Assembly (NCBI RefSeq): GCF_009834535.1 | Contig: NC_045696.1 | Span: forward strand, 22,508,001-22,572,000 | Reading direction: 5' to 3' | Length of the DNA stretch: 64,000 nucleotides | From: Camelus ferus | Lineage: Eukaryota | Part shown: in pieces, positions 26,745-40,069 of the stretch | Position numbering within the stretch: the first letter of the stretch is position 1 | Layout: every line of letters begins with the position of its first letter | Translations under genes and position numbers: made by a program | The notes under the pieces: generated by a model | What the model was told of the DNA's origin: nothing | Database searches by the model: none | Seen by the model: only the letters and a program-made list of their open reading frames with translations

Positions 26745-27215
26745 AATGGTGCTCCCCACAGCATAGCTTTAAATGAGGCTTAGATACAGGCAATTTATTT
26801 TGAGAAGTGATCATAAGAAACAGTCTTAGGGACTGGGAAGAGTGAAACAGGGGAAGAGAGAAAGCCCATCCAAGGGTATTTTATTGAGCTAATAACCTCT
26901 GTGGGCAATGGGAGCTCAGTCCTCCTGGAGATCCTTGAGGAGCTGTTAGAAGGATCTCAGACCTGGTCAGCAAGTCATGACAGAGGGGAGTATTCATCCA
27001 CTGGTTCCCTTCTTTCCTCATTAGTCAAGGATTGCCCTGTGGTGTTAGTGTCCCCACACCTCTGCTTTGTGTATGAGTCAGAATGTCTTAGCCAGTTCTT
27101 AAAGGAGTCCCATGAGGTGGTAGCAGAGAAGCCCCAGGGACAGAGTTGAGAGCTACAAGAGGCATCTGCAGTGTCGGCTGTCAGGTTATAAATGATTGCA
27201 GCTGATGGTATGCAA
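26745..27215 (-). mobile_element. ERVL solo LTR (LTR33-like)
   Basis: caggcaatttattttgagaagtgatc..gtgggcaatgggagctcagtcc..cattagtcaaggattgccctgtggtgtta. Confidence 0.75.
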
Positions 27216-28115
27216 TGCTTGAAGTAAAAGAATGTGTTTTGAGAATGTGAGCCCACTGGGTATTCATTACACAGGCTTCAGCCATGATCACGATCTTCCT
27301 AATGTCAAAGGAGTAAACAGATTGACTCTTGTCATTCGCACTTGGAAAGAAAGCACTTACTGTAACTTGTTGATGATCCCTAAAGAGAAAAACATTGACT
27401 ACACTGTTTCCCCACAGTAATGGATTTATAAATGTTATGTAAATGTGTAATTTAGGATGACGTGTTTTTTTTTAGATAATCAGGCACTGTAATAATCTGG
27501 CATTGTTTGGAGCTTTACTAAGTAAAGAATGCAGTATAGGGAACCTCTCCAAACAGAAAAAAAATAGAAGTCAGAAATTCCAATCTCAGTTAGTTTGGGA
27601 AAGACCATTGCTCTCGCTGTAACATTGAGACAACATTGATTAAACTAAAAAGTCATATTTTTCCTTGAAACCATCAAAGAGCTGTGGAAGCAAAAATATT
27701 GAAATGCGATGAAGCATAGAGAAGGCTGACCCCAGCAGAGAATAGAAGTTACTTTCACCCCTGAGCATACTTATTGCGTGTGAGTACCCAGGTGATCCAA
27801 GGAACATGCTTGACATAGGCAGAGACACTTCGCTGGGAGAAGGAAAACCCAGCCAGCCTTTTATTAGCTATACATGGGCTGGCATGGTAGCTTGGAATCT
27901 GGAGAGCCTCAGACACAAGATATAGGGAGAGTTGCTGCAAAATGGTGATATGATTATATATATTTTTTCTCTGCTTAAAATACTTCAACCCAGACTCCAA
28001 TACTTAAATTATAATCCTTTTATATTTGATCCTACTTAGCTCTCCATGTCCACCTTCATACTTCTCACCTAACCGTAATGAACTGTGTAGAAGAGGTGTG
28101 TCCTCTATCACATAT

Positions 28116-28163
28116 ACTGTAGATGGCACAGCTCAGGGGAGGGCCACTTGGGCTATGACGTCA
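28116..28163. promoter_or_regulatory. CTCF-like motif plus full CRE palindrome (motifs only)
   Basis: ACTGTAGATGGCAC at 28116-28129 and TGACGTCA at 28156-28163. Confidence 0.25.
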
Positions 28164-28289
28164 GAGATTCTTCCCAGAGATGCAAACACGGCAACCCTGC
28201 CTTTAGATTGCTAAATGCGCCTATTTTCTCTGTGTGGTGCCAATGACTTCTCTTCACCTGGTGCTGCTCATCACCCTTTGGCCAATTCT

Positions 28290-28570
28290 TACTTATATTT
28301 TAAGGTGGTTTATAAGTTACTTCTCCCAGGAAATTTTTAACCCTCTAAATCAGGATCAAACATTCCTCTTTGTGTTTCTACACACTCTGAATGTCTCCAT
28401 TATAGTCCTTAGCACATTAACTTGGCTATTTGCTTTCCATCAGCCCCTAAGCTGTGTGAGTACAGGAAAGATGTATTTCTAATCAGTGTTGTAGGTGAAG
28501 AATTTAGCACAGTATCTGCCAAATCTTAGGGAATTGGTAAATACTTTCTCAATGAATGTATGAGTGAATT
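28290..28570 (+). mobile_element. L2 3' end
   Basis: ctaagctgtgtgagtacagg..ttagcacagtatctgcca..gtaaatact..aatgaatgtatgagtgaat tail. Confidence 0.7.
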
Positions 28571-30329
28571 TTATGTTCACATTTGGTACATGCTCATAGA
28601 GGTTCATAGAGGAAGTAACATAGTAAATTACAGGGATTTACATGCTCCCCAACAGTCACATTTCAGATTAATATGATGAAATAATACAGGATCATAGACA
28701 ATTAGAGCTAAGAGTTTAGAAATCAATGAGGACAACATTAGGATTCTACAAAAAGGAACAACCCCTCCTTTTCAAGTTAATGCACTGTTAAGGTCATACT
28801 CTGACAAATAGTTCTAGAGTCCAAGTTTCTGGTTCTTGGTTTAATGGTCTTGAACTATGATTTGTATCAGGTTGTGTGATTGACGTTCCCTGGAAGAAGG
28901 AGGACACTCACTGGCTTGTTGCCTCCTTTTTCAGATCAGAGACTGCACCAAACTGGAGACAGAACAATATGGCAGAAAATATGGGGATAGCAGGTCTATT
29001 CTTTTTATTTTCATACTAGAGAAAACTTGCTTTAATGTGGATTTGCACATGAATTTTCTGGAGAGTCTCTAGCTGAGGGAACAACAGAAAAAGATAGTTT
29101 GCTCAAGTCAAGGAGGTTCCAGAACAGTTTATAAGCCACTAAAATCTTTTTTTTTTTTTTTGTCATCAATTAATAGTGAAGCACTAGCCTTTACTCTACA
29201 CTATTTCCACTTCCTCTTCCAGAAAATTTTCTGCCCATTTCCCTTCCTCCTCCTCCCTCCTCCACCATCCTCTCTCTCTGTCTTCTTCACTTTCCTCATA
29301 GTTAGCTTTACCCATTTTAAGAAATGCTGAATTAGATCTATGGGTCATTTCCTACTCTTAAAATTATTATTTAATATGATTTTTGTTAAAATACTTTGCT
29401 CTGTAGCCTCTGTTATCCTGAGAAGCTGCTAGAGTATCTTCTAGAAAGAATGTAACCTAGTGTAAAATTTCCCTTATTGTCTGGATCTGTTCTTCTCCAA
29501 AATTTTTGATTTGAGACTCTATCAATAAGAAGCATTTGAACAAACATGCACCCTGCAACATAAATATAGGCATATTTATAAGTTAGTAACATGTACTTTG
29601 TAAGTTTAAATGTAAAATATTAATAAAGCTTGATCACTGACATTTGAATAAATATTAGGAATTCTAATATGTTCTTCAACAACTCCGTAGCTTCTCTTAT
29701 GTATTTTCTGGGGTGTGTGTACCCTACTTTGGGGCCAACTAGCAAAAAAATAACTCTGATTTATTTATAAGCTGGTGTAATTTCACTACTGACAGTTTAG
29801 TTAGTTTTTCTTCCAAGAATGTTGTGTCTAGAATGATGAGAATTCCCATGTAATGTTCTGTTCTAACTTTTTTTATTGCCTGTTGAAATACTTGACATAA
29901 TTTATCAGATGATTCTAGAATTGAGGTGAAGTTACACAGAGGGTTTGAGTAAAATCTCATCTCCCCATTCTGAGTTGCTTCAAAATAAACTCACCATTTT
30001 TCTTGAACGTCCATGAACCAATTAGAAATGGCAGAACTTTAACAAATGTTCATAATAATATTTTAGAACCTCTACTTCTATTAATACCATTTAGGGAGTT
30101 GTGTCAACATTCAGCCTTGCTTGACAGACACATTTTTGTGGCTGGGAGGGCTGGAAATATTCCAGCATAATGATTTTCAGATCTGTAGCATCCATCACTC
30201 AAGAATTCTTAAAAAAAAAAAGGGAGAGAGATACAAAAGGATAATTACTACAACATATGTTTCATATTTTAAAGGCAATTAGCTAGAGACCTCAAACTTT
30301 CCTTTCTCGTTCTGCTCACACATACACAA

Positions 30330-30550
30330 AATAATGCTTTACGTGGGGTAAGCATTTTGTGCTTTATGAAGGACATGAATATTCATCGTTTCATTTGATG
30401 TTTACACCACTTCTGTGAGGTAGCTAAGATTTATTATCTCACTTTTTCACTTGAAAGAATTGATAAAGAGGAGATAAATGGCTTGAAGTTCATTCAGCAA
30501 ATTTGGGTGGAACGTACAAAGTTTAGGTCTCTAGGGCTCTGAGCTTGCCT
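30330..30550 (-). mobile_element. MIR SINE
   Basis: tttcatttgatgtttacaccacttctgtgaggtag..attatctcacttttt. Confidence 0.7.
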
Positions 30551-32489
30551 TTCTTTAAATGAGTTTTTGTTTGGTGGACCTTAATGACTTATGTGATTTA
30601 CTTGCCAATTTCTGGAAATAAGGTTTTCATAATGTTAATTATAATCATGAGAAAATTCTTAACATACAAACTCCTCTGTGTAGCACAAGTGGGATAAATG
30701 TTACTTGTAAGTCTGCAGTCTCAGCCGATTCTCCACTCTGAGGATCAGAGAGCTGGAAGGAAACTCACACCATTGTTCCTTAGAATTCTCTTAGACTCTG
30801 GTTATACTTATTTGCCTATCCAGTTCTTAAAACTCTTGAGATAAAAACTTCATGCAGTTTTGCCCAGTAATCTTTTTGCATTTTATAACATTACAGTGTA
30901 AATGTAAGTGTACCAATTTGGCAAAATTTCTTCACTGGAATGATGACGTTATAATATATATCACAAACAATATTAGAGTGTGAAATTGAATGAGAGTCTT
31001 AAGTTACTAAAAACTCAAGACTGTATTCTATCTGGCATCCTAGTCGCCTGCCTTTACAAAGGTGGAAGCTTCTCTGGGATAAAATTTCTAATTCACAATC
31101 TCCCTCAAGCACAGTTGCAGGTGCATTTGAGCACTGGAAAAACTGTTATTTACTAGTATGCAATTAGAATTGCTTTCATCGTTAAACATCTTCTAATCTT
31201 CAGTAATAATCTTTATTATTTTCTACATCATCACCCAGAATATTTACCTTATACGTGCTTTCCTTTATTAGGTAGATCAAATAATTTAAATTCTTTCCTC
31301 AGTACTTATTAAAGGAATGGCAATAACATTGATTTTTTTCAGGATTCATAAAATATGTCTGTCAACTCTTTCAGTGAACTTTATTTATTATCCAGCCATG
31401 GCGATTAGAATATTCAGTAAGTGCTGGTGCAGTTCATAGGTATGCGAATCATGTTAAAGGGAGAGTCTTTTGGTAGAATGATCTGAGAAGAAGCTGAATT
31501 TCAGCAGAATCTGGAAAGGTTGTCAGTGTTTTCTTGGCAAAATTTGATGAGTACCACCTTCAGAAATGATGAATGTGGGAGAGAGTAGGTGAACCAGAGA
31601 TAACAAGGAGTGTCTTTTTCTATTCTAAATAATATTTTAAACTTCTTAAAATAGGCCTAACCATCTGATGTAGTTTTCTAACCACACTTTAACAGAGTTC
31701 CTTTGTGTTTACTTTACAAACTCTTCACTATGTAAAATCACACTTAACCCGTAAGGGAAGAAAATATGAATTGTTCCTATTTTTAGGGACAGTTGTGGGG
31801 CTCCTACAAAGCCGCACAAGTCTGTGTTCCTATGCAAACTTAAGAACTAGTCCCACTGAAAGGAAATCTCCAACTTCACTTAATCTCCCTCTAGCAGCAT
31901 GGGTGCCACAGCTTTGGGAACTGCCTAGTCATTTGGTTATAAATATTGGCTTAAATGTTTTTGAATATCATCCCTATAAGCTAAAACCCATGTTACATTT
32001 TACAAACTTTTTTCCTCTATAGAGTACCACATTATTGTGTTAAAGTTATGCATTTATTTCTTTTGACAAGGGATCCTAAAACTGTTGAATACTATGTATT
32101 TATATTTCCTTCCGATAGACATTCTTACTTTTTTATCACGAATATATTTCCACTATTAAAAATACAAAATAAACCAAATTAATTGTCTGGATTTTATTGG
32201 GAAAATGTGGAAGTAGCATTTTTACAGGTGGTGGTTCATGGGGTAGGTAGTACGTGCCTGGGAGTTCTTGGTCTCCAGCCACCACGGTGACCCTCGTATT
32301 CCCCATGTCCTTGAGAAGAGGGAGGCTTCCTCAGTGAGGCTTCAAGCAAGGAAATGAGTGGTTAGGGAAGACTTTGAAGTTCTGTACTGTTTGGGGAGAG
32401 GAGGGTGAGAGAATTGCAGAAAGGCGAATGGACAGGTCCTCACCATACTGAACAGCGGCTAAGAGTGCTGGACACAAAGCCTGAAGGAG

Positions 32490-32670
32490 CCCAGCCTGAG
32501 AACGCATTTGCCTCTTTATTCAATGTGTGGTCTAATCACAGGCAGGTCCCTGAGATGCCGTGTCTCATTTTATCACCTATAAAATGTGGTTAGTGAGTCA
32601 TAGCTACTTGATATGATTGTGGTGCAGAGAAGCAGAAAGAGTATTTGCAATCTTCGGTAAACTGCATGTG
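32490..32670 (+). mobile_element. MIR SINE fragment
   Basis: gtctcattttatcacctataaaatgtgg core, then gattgtggtg..gtaaactg. Confidence 0.6.
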
Positions 32671-33804
32671 GCACTGGTCTTCCATGGCTGCAAAACGTCC
32701 TCATTTCCTCATTAGGTTTGTCTGTGTTAGTCTCTTTTACTGTTGCCTTCAGACTGCATTGCAGAGCAATGCCTGGGTAAGGAGGATGGTGAGGAGAAAA
32801 TGAGGAGGACCTTTGATTCTGTTTTCCAGGCTCTAATCTGAAGGTTAAGAAAAGTTTTGGTAATTGTGGTCCACTTTCCTTTTGGTTTGAAGTCCAGATC
32901 TGAAGAACAGTATCTCCAGTGGTTTTTTGTGGTCTTCATTTAGGGTCAGGGTGACCTTGCTCTCACACGGCTTCTGACATATTCCATTGGACTCTGCTGC
33001 CTCCGCTTAGCGATCTTTTAGCTGCCAGGAAAAGCTCTGCCTCCACACCAAAACAGGACCTTGAGTTTCAGACTGAGGGGATGACAGTCGGCAGCTGCTG
33101 TTGAGACAAGCCAATTGTCTGCTCTGCAGAAGCTTGTCAGGGACCCTGATGATGGAGGACTGTTCTGGAAACAACTGGCATTGGTCATGGGCTGATTACA
33201 GGAGTCACATCTTTGGAAGATTTCAAGGACTTTGAAGTTTGCCACAAGCATGATTTTTCCTTCATCAGGGCAAAAAAAAAAAAAAATCAAAAGATATGAG
33301 CAAAGACACATGTAATCAATACTGAGAGAGCAAAACAGATTAATGTGTAAAACACTCCTGGAAAAAAAAAAGCTCTTTATCTTTTGTAGCACGTAAGAAC
33401 ATTTTCCACTTGGCAAATTGTGTATCTTTAAAAATAGCATGGAATCATGTGGTACAAAGTGAGGAAAGGGAGAGGAAAGTACTCTAGCATGCTTGCAGAA
33501 AGTTATGAATTGAATTTTACCTATATGTCGAATCTGAAAAAGTTTTTTACTAATGAAAAGTCATTATAGTTGTTTGCCTAATAATGCTTTTTTAAAATAA
33601 AAAAGTTATTCCTAAAAGAAATTCAAACAAAGTTTTGGATAGAGCATTTTATTATTCTCTTTCTAGAATGTATTGTTTCTCCATGAGAATGTCAACAGAA
33701 ATATTATTAACAGCATAAGTTGGTCCTTTGCCACCATTTCTATGAATTTGTTTTCACTGCCTTTTTAGTTATCATGATAGTAATTTCATAGAGCTGAAAA
33801 GCCA

Positions 33805-34575
33805 TTTATTATGGAAAATTTTAAACATAAACAAAAGTAGAGATGGAAGAAGAATGGTCTACATTACCCACCTTCAGAGTTCTCCACTCATGGTCAACCT
33901 ATTTTCATCTCTGCTCCTCCCTTCCACCTCTCTCTAGTGGTTATTTTGAAACAATCACCAGGTATAATCTTTTTTGTTTTTTATTTATTTCAGTCTATGT
34001 CTATAAAAGATAAAGACTTTAAAAATGCAATGACAATATAATTATCATACCTAAAATATTATGTTCTAAAAATGAAATATCCATTCAGTGTGCAAATTTA
34101 CCCAGTTGTCTTGTAATTTAAAAATTTTTGTGTTTGAATCAGTGTTTAGATAAGATCTACACATTGTATTGTTGGAGCTGCACTGCCATGTACCTTAAAT
34201 CTTTTCATCTTTAGGTTTGCTTGCTCACTCTGTCTCAGTGTCTTTCTTTTTCTCTTAGAGTTTATGTTTGGAAGGCACTGGATTGCTTTGTCTTTTGGTG
34301 TCTGCCACATTCTAGATAATGTTAATAGTATACCTGTTGGGTTACATAATAAGTTCTTCTCTCTCTTATAATTCTTGAAAATTTGTAGTTATATCTGAAG
34401 GCTTGATTCAATTCAGGTTTGGTTTTTCTGGCAAGACTGCTCCAGAGATGGTATTGTATACTTACATCACACATAGGAGGCATATAATTCTGATGGCTTC
34501 TCTTTGGCTTATTAGAACCCATTGGTAATCATTTCTTAGACTCATTATAGATGGGTAATCTTCTATCAATCAGTC
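33805..34575 (-). mobile_element. Old LINE-1 3' end (L1MC4/5-like)
   Basis: ttattatggaaaattttaaacataaacaaaagtagaga terminus; tttttctggcaagactgc..catcacacataggaggcatataat. Confidence 0.8.
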
Positions 34576-34584
34576 TTCAGTTCT

Positions 34585-34912
34585 GGATATGTATTAAAAA
34601 GGGAGACATAATAATATTTCCAATCATTTGGATGTGTGCAGTCTAAGAAAAGTAAGAATCAATGATGATTTTAAGAATTGAAGCAGCTGAGCAATTAAAA
34701 AAATAGGGTAGCCATCGACTGAGATGGGAGAGGTTACAGATTGAATAAGTTTGTGGAGAGTGAGAAAGGGAATTTTAGTTTGGGCTTATTGATTTGGAGA
34801 TGTCTGTTAGATATCTGTATCAGTTAGGATTCAAGCATAGAAGCAGGTATGGTTTCTGCTTCTCTGCTTAAACCCTGAAAGACCCTGACTGATACATGTA
34901 TATATATTCACA

Positions 34913-34956
<44 letters not shown>

Positions 34957-36320
34957 CACTCATATACATATAAATGTACGTATTCAAATCCATCTAACAA
35001 GTCCTTTTATATCTGTATGTGTGTGTGTGTGTGTGTATACACATATACTCTTTCCATGTATATCCAATATATATATATATAGACATAGCTTTCTTCATTT
35101 CTGGCTATGTATTCAAAGTAGGCATATAAGAAAGAGATATACAAGATAGAGATATACAAATCCCTTCATATATCTCATTATACTGGATAGATACCTAGTA
35201 TATATAGAGATAGAGATAAATGAAGTGACTTTGATCTTATGCGATTGGAAGAACTGTTTAAACAGTCTGTAAGGCTGTTTGTGTTGTTTGTGTCTTATAC
35301 TGTCTATAGCTTGAAACTTGAAGTCCACAGGGCAGGCAGTTGAGAAGGAAAGAAGGTTGCAGAGTGGGGGAGAGCAAGATTAGCATATACTGGAATATAT
35401 AAGCAAGGTCAGGTCTTGGTGCCTTTGACCTTGATGGTATGGGTCTCCTGAAGAGGCCAGGCCCTTTGTCATAGAGGTAAATGCATATGCTTGGCTCTGG
35501 GATCCAAAAAACTGAAGAATATTCCAAGAGAAAGTAAAGAAATTGCAGGTCTGACTTCTGCCTCGTGCCAATGAGGAAAACCAGCAGATAAATAAAGATG
35601 GGAGGGAATTAGTTTTGCCTTCCAAATGTTCCATAAGAATCTCTCTTGAGACCTCCACCTAACCAGAAACATATAGGAAAGGAATTCTGGAAAATGCAGT
35701 TTAGTCTAGACGAGTTGACACGTGTCAAAACGACTACAACATTAAGATAGAAATGTTCAATAGGTAGTTGGATACACGAATCTGTGGAGTTCAGAAAAAT
35801 AAATGTAGAAGTTGTTAGTATATGGGTAGTTTTTAAAGGCTTAAGATTGAATGCAATCGTTGATGGAATGAGGATAGGAAGAGAAGAAATAGGTCTGGGA
35901 CTTCGGTCCAGTGCTCTCCAATTTCAAGAGACTGAGGAGAAGAGGAAGTAGGAGAGTAAGCCTGAGAAACATGGTGAGTGGTGCAGGAGGAAAACCAGGA
36001 GAGTAGGGCATCCTGGAATTTCATGAAGAAAGCTTTATCAGAGAGGAGGGAGAGACTAATCACATCGAATCCTGCTGATAGGACAAATACAGTGGAGACT
36101 AAGCATCGACTTTCTGATGACTTAAGGAGAGTATGTCAAAAGATCCAAGCCTGGTCACCTGGATCCAAGTGGTCGCTTTCAGCTTAAGAGGTTGAACAGA
36201 AGAGAAGTCTGGGAAAGTGTGGCAAGTGAGGTAAGAGGAAAACCAGATGTGTGGTGTCAAAAGAGTCAAAAGAAGAAAGTAATTTAAGAAGAAATCACAG
36301 AGAAGAAATACACAATTGTG
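34585..36320 (-). mobile_element. L2 LINE remnant split by an MLT2 LTR
   Basis: ttttagtttgggc..ttggagatgtctgttagatatc before the LTR and agaaatgttcaataggtagttggatacacgaatctg after it are colinear L2 pieces. Confidence 0.75.
34816..35740 (-). mobile_element. ERVL solo LTR (MLT2E/F-like) with internal TA/TG microsatellites and inverted segments
   Basis: Begins tgtatcagttagg..agaagcag; ends ggaattctggaaaatgcagtttagtctagacgagttgacac..actaca. Confidence 0.75.
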
Positions 36321-36574
36321 GTGTGCTAGTTTTGATTCCTGTGAAAAAGAAGCCAAGAACTTGGATTCAGGTAGTTTATGCAGTTGATCCCAAGAAGCTG
36401 GACTGATGGAGTGAGGAAAAAGACAAGGAATTGAGAAAAATTAATAAAATTTGCACTATGGAACTAATTATCACTCCAGGGCTCCTTGTAAAGGATTCTT
36501 TAGAATTTTCCCTCTAAAGTAATGAGTACAATCTAGAGTTTTGCCCTGATTAGTCAAGAATTGTCACCAGATGG

Positions 36575-39500
36575 TATATTACTTTTCCAGGGCTGCTCAT
36601 AACAAAGTACCACAGAGTGGATGGCTGAATCAACAGAACCTATTTTTTCACAGTTCTGGAGGCTGGAATTCTGAGATGAAGGTGTTGGAAGCATTAGTTC
36701 CTTCTGAGAGCCATGAGGGAAAAATCTATTCTAAGCCTCTCTCCTTGGCTTGCAGGCTGCCATCTTTTCCCTGAATCCTCACGTCATTGTCCCTTTGTAC
36801 ATGTCTGTGTCTAAATTTTGTCCTCCTCCTCTTCTTCTTCTTTTTTTGACTGAAGCATAATTGTCTTACAGTATTGCATTAATTTCAGGTATACAATGTA
36901 GTGATGTGATATTTTTATACTTTACACATTGATCACCACAATAAGTCTTGTTACCATCTGTAACCACACATTATTACAATATTATTGACTGTATTATCTA
37001 TGCTGTACATTATATTCTATAACTTATTTATTTTATAACCTGAAGTTTGTGCCTCTTAATTTTTCTCATGTATTTCACTCATCTTCCCACCCACCTCTCC
37101 TCTGGCAACCACCAGCTTGTTCTTTGCAGCTATGAGTCTATTTCTGTTTTGTTATGTTTGTTCATTTGTTTTATTTGTTAGATTCCATGTATAAGTAAAA
37201 TCATATGGTATTTGTCTTTCTCTGTCTGATTTATTTCACTTAGCATAATACCCTCTAGATCCATTCATGTTGTTGAAAATGGGAAGATTTCACTCCCTTT
37301 ATGACTGAATAATATTCTATTGTGTATGTGCATATGTGTTTTTTATTCATTCATCCATTGATGGACATGGAGATTGCTTCCATATTGTTTTGGCTATTGC
37401 AAATAATGCTTCAGCAAATGTAGGGGTGTGTATATCTTTTTGAATTAATGTTTTCCTTCTTCCAAAAAAATACACAGATGTTGAATTGCTGGATTGTATG
37501 ATAGTTATTTTTAAAATTTTTTGAGGAACATACACGTTTTCCATAGTGACTGTACCAATTTGCATTCCCACCACAAGTTTCCTTTTCTCCATATCTTTGC
37601 CAACACTTGTTATTTGTTATCTTTTTGATAATAACCTTTCTGACAGATGTGAGGTGGTATCTTATTGTGGTTTTGATTTGCATTTCTTCAATGATTAGTG
37701 ACATGGAGCATCTTTTCATGTGTCTATTGGCCATCTATATCCTTCTTTGGAGAAATGTCTAGTAAAGTCCTCTGCTCATTTTTAAATTGGATTATTTGTT
37801 TCTTTGATTTGAGTTCTAAGAGTTCTTTATGTATTTTTGATATTACCACTTTATCAGACATATCATTTGCAAATATATTCTCTCATTTAGTAGGTGACTT
37901 TTTTTGTTTGTTTGTTTCATCTGCTGTGCAAATGCTTCTTAGTTTGATGTAGTCCCATTTGTTTATTTTTGCTTTTGTTGCTCTGGCCTGAGGAAACATA
38001 TCCAAAAAAATATTGCTAAGATAAATGTCAAAGAGCATATTGCCTATGTTTTCTTCTAGGAGTTTTATGGTTTCAGGTCTTACATTTAAGTCTTTAATCC
38101 ATTTTGAGTTTATTTTTGTACATGGTATGAGAAAGTAGTCCAGTTTGATTCTTTTGAATGTAGCTGTCTGGTTTTCCCAACATTATTTATGGAAAAAGTT
38201 GTCGTTTCCCTCACCGAATATTCTTGCCTCTTTTTGTCTTAGATTAATTCACCATATAAGCATGGGTTTATTTCTGGGCTCTCTCTTCTGTTCCATTGAT
38301 CTATGTGCCTGTTTTTGTGCCAGTATCATACTGCTTTGATTACAGTAGCATTGTAGTATAGTTTGAAATCAGGGACTGTGATACTTCCAGCTTGGTTCTT
38401 CTTTCTCAAGATTGTTCTGGCTATTTGAGGTCTTTTGTGTTTTCATACAAATTTTAGAATTACTTGTTCTAGTTCTGTGAAAAATGCCATTGCTATTATG
38501 ATACGACTTGTATTGAATCTGTAGGTAACCTGAGATGATATTGCAGTTTTAACAATATTAATTTTTCCAATGCATGAGTATGGTATATCTCTCCATTTGG
38601 TTGTGTCATCTTCAGTGTCTTTCATCAATGTCCTATAGTTTTTGAATACAAGTCTTTTACCTCCTTCGTTAGATTTATTCCTAGGTATTTTATTCTTTTT
38701 GATGCAATTGTAAATGAGATTGTTTTCTTAATTTCTCTTTCTGATAGTTCATTGCTTGTTTATAGAAGCACAAAAGATTTCTATATATTACCCTGAAACT
38801 TTACTGAATTCATTGATGAGTTCTAATCATTTTTTTGGTAGCATCTTTAGGATTTTCCAAATATCTTGTCATCTGCAAACAGTGACAATTTTACTTCTTT
38901 CTTTCCAATTTGGATTGCATTTATTTCTTTTTCTTGTCTGATTGCTGTGGTTAGGACTTCCAATACTATATTGAATAAAAGTGGTGAGAGTAGGCATCCT
39001 TATCTTGTTCTTGATCTTAGAGGAAATGCTTTCAGCTTTTCACCACTGAATAAGATGTTGGCTATAGGTTTGTCATATATACCTTTTATTATGTAAAGTT
39101 ATGTTCCCACTTTGTGGAGAGTTTTTATTGTAAATGGATGTTGTATTTTGTCAAAAGCTTATTCTGCACCTATTGAATGATCATATGATTTTTACTTTTC
39201 AATTTGTTAATGCATATCACATTGATTTGTGGATATTGAGCCATCCTTGCATCTCTGGATAAATCCCACTTATCATGGTGTGTGATCCTTTTATTGTATT
39301 ATTAAATTAGGTTTTCTAATATTTTGTTGATGATTTTTTCATTTATGATCATTAGTAATATTAACTTGTCATTTTCTTTCTTTCTTTCTTTTTTGTTTCA
39401 TTTTGTTATGTCTTTGTCTGGTTTTGGTATCAGGGTGATGCTGGCCTTGTAGAATGAGTTTGGAAGTGCACTGTAAGTGTACCTTCCTCTTTGGTTTTTA

Positions 39501-39731
39501 GAAATAGTTTGAGAAGGTTAGGTGTTTACTTTTCTTTAAATGTTTGGTAGATAAGTTTCCTCTTTTTATAAGAACACCCATCATATTGGATTAGGGCTTA
39601 TCATAATGAATTCATTTTAACTTAATTACCTCTGTAAAGATCTCATTTCCAAATATGGTCATGTTCTGAAATACTGGGGGTTAGGACTTCAACACAGGAA
39701 TTTTTGGGCAGTCACAATTTATCCCATAACT
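36575..39731 (-). mobile_element. MLT1B/C-like MaLR LTR split by L1 (36575-36830 and 39552-39731)
   Basis: agggctgctcataacaaagtaccaca..gtctgtgtctaaattt | tttcctctttttataagaacacccatcatattggattagggc..gggggttaggacttcaaca. Probable TSD gatgg/ggtgg. Confidence 0.9.
36835..39551 (-). mobile_element. 5'-truncated LINE-1 (about 2.7 kb; 3' UTR, ORF2 C-terminus and RT part), younger than the L1MB-like element
   Basis: ORF2 peptides [65 protein letters not shown]; degenerate tail at the left end. Confidence 0.95.
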
Positions 39732-40069
39732 GGTGGTGTTAACCTTCCCATCCTTCTTGAATATCTTATGCTAGGGCATAGCACATTTCCATGGCTTAGT
39801 GAAAGACCTCTTAAAGAATATTTGAGTGACTCAGTAGGGGCTTGAAGTAGAAATCTGTGAGGATGTGTGTGAATTGTTCACCACAACTGCAGCTGAGTTA
39901 GAAGAAGCAGGCCGAGGGAATATGATGCAGGGTACCTAGAACTTCTACAAGATGTACTGATTCACTTTAAGTCCTGATTAATAACCTGAAGTGGACTCTT
40001 ACTGCCTGGCAATACTGGCTAGTAACTGTATATTTTCTCATCATGTTACTTTCCACATATGCTGAGCAT

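Larger units (their letters stand above)
36335..39950 (-). mobile_element. LTR33-like ERVL LTR split in two (36335-36574 and 39731-39950) by nested MLT1 and L1
   Basis: gattagtcaagaattgtcaccagatgg | ggtggtgttaac joins colinearly with the motif seen in the LTR at 27020-27050. Confidence 0.6.
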
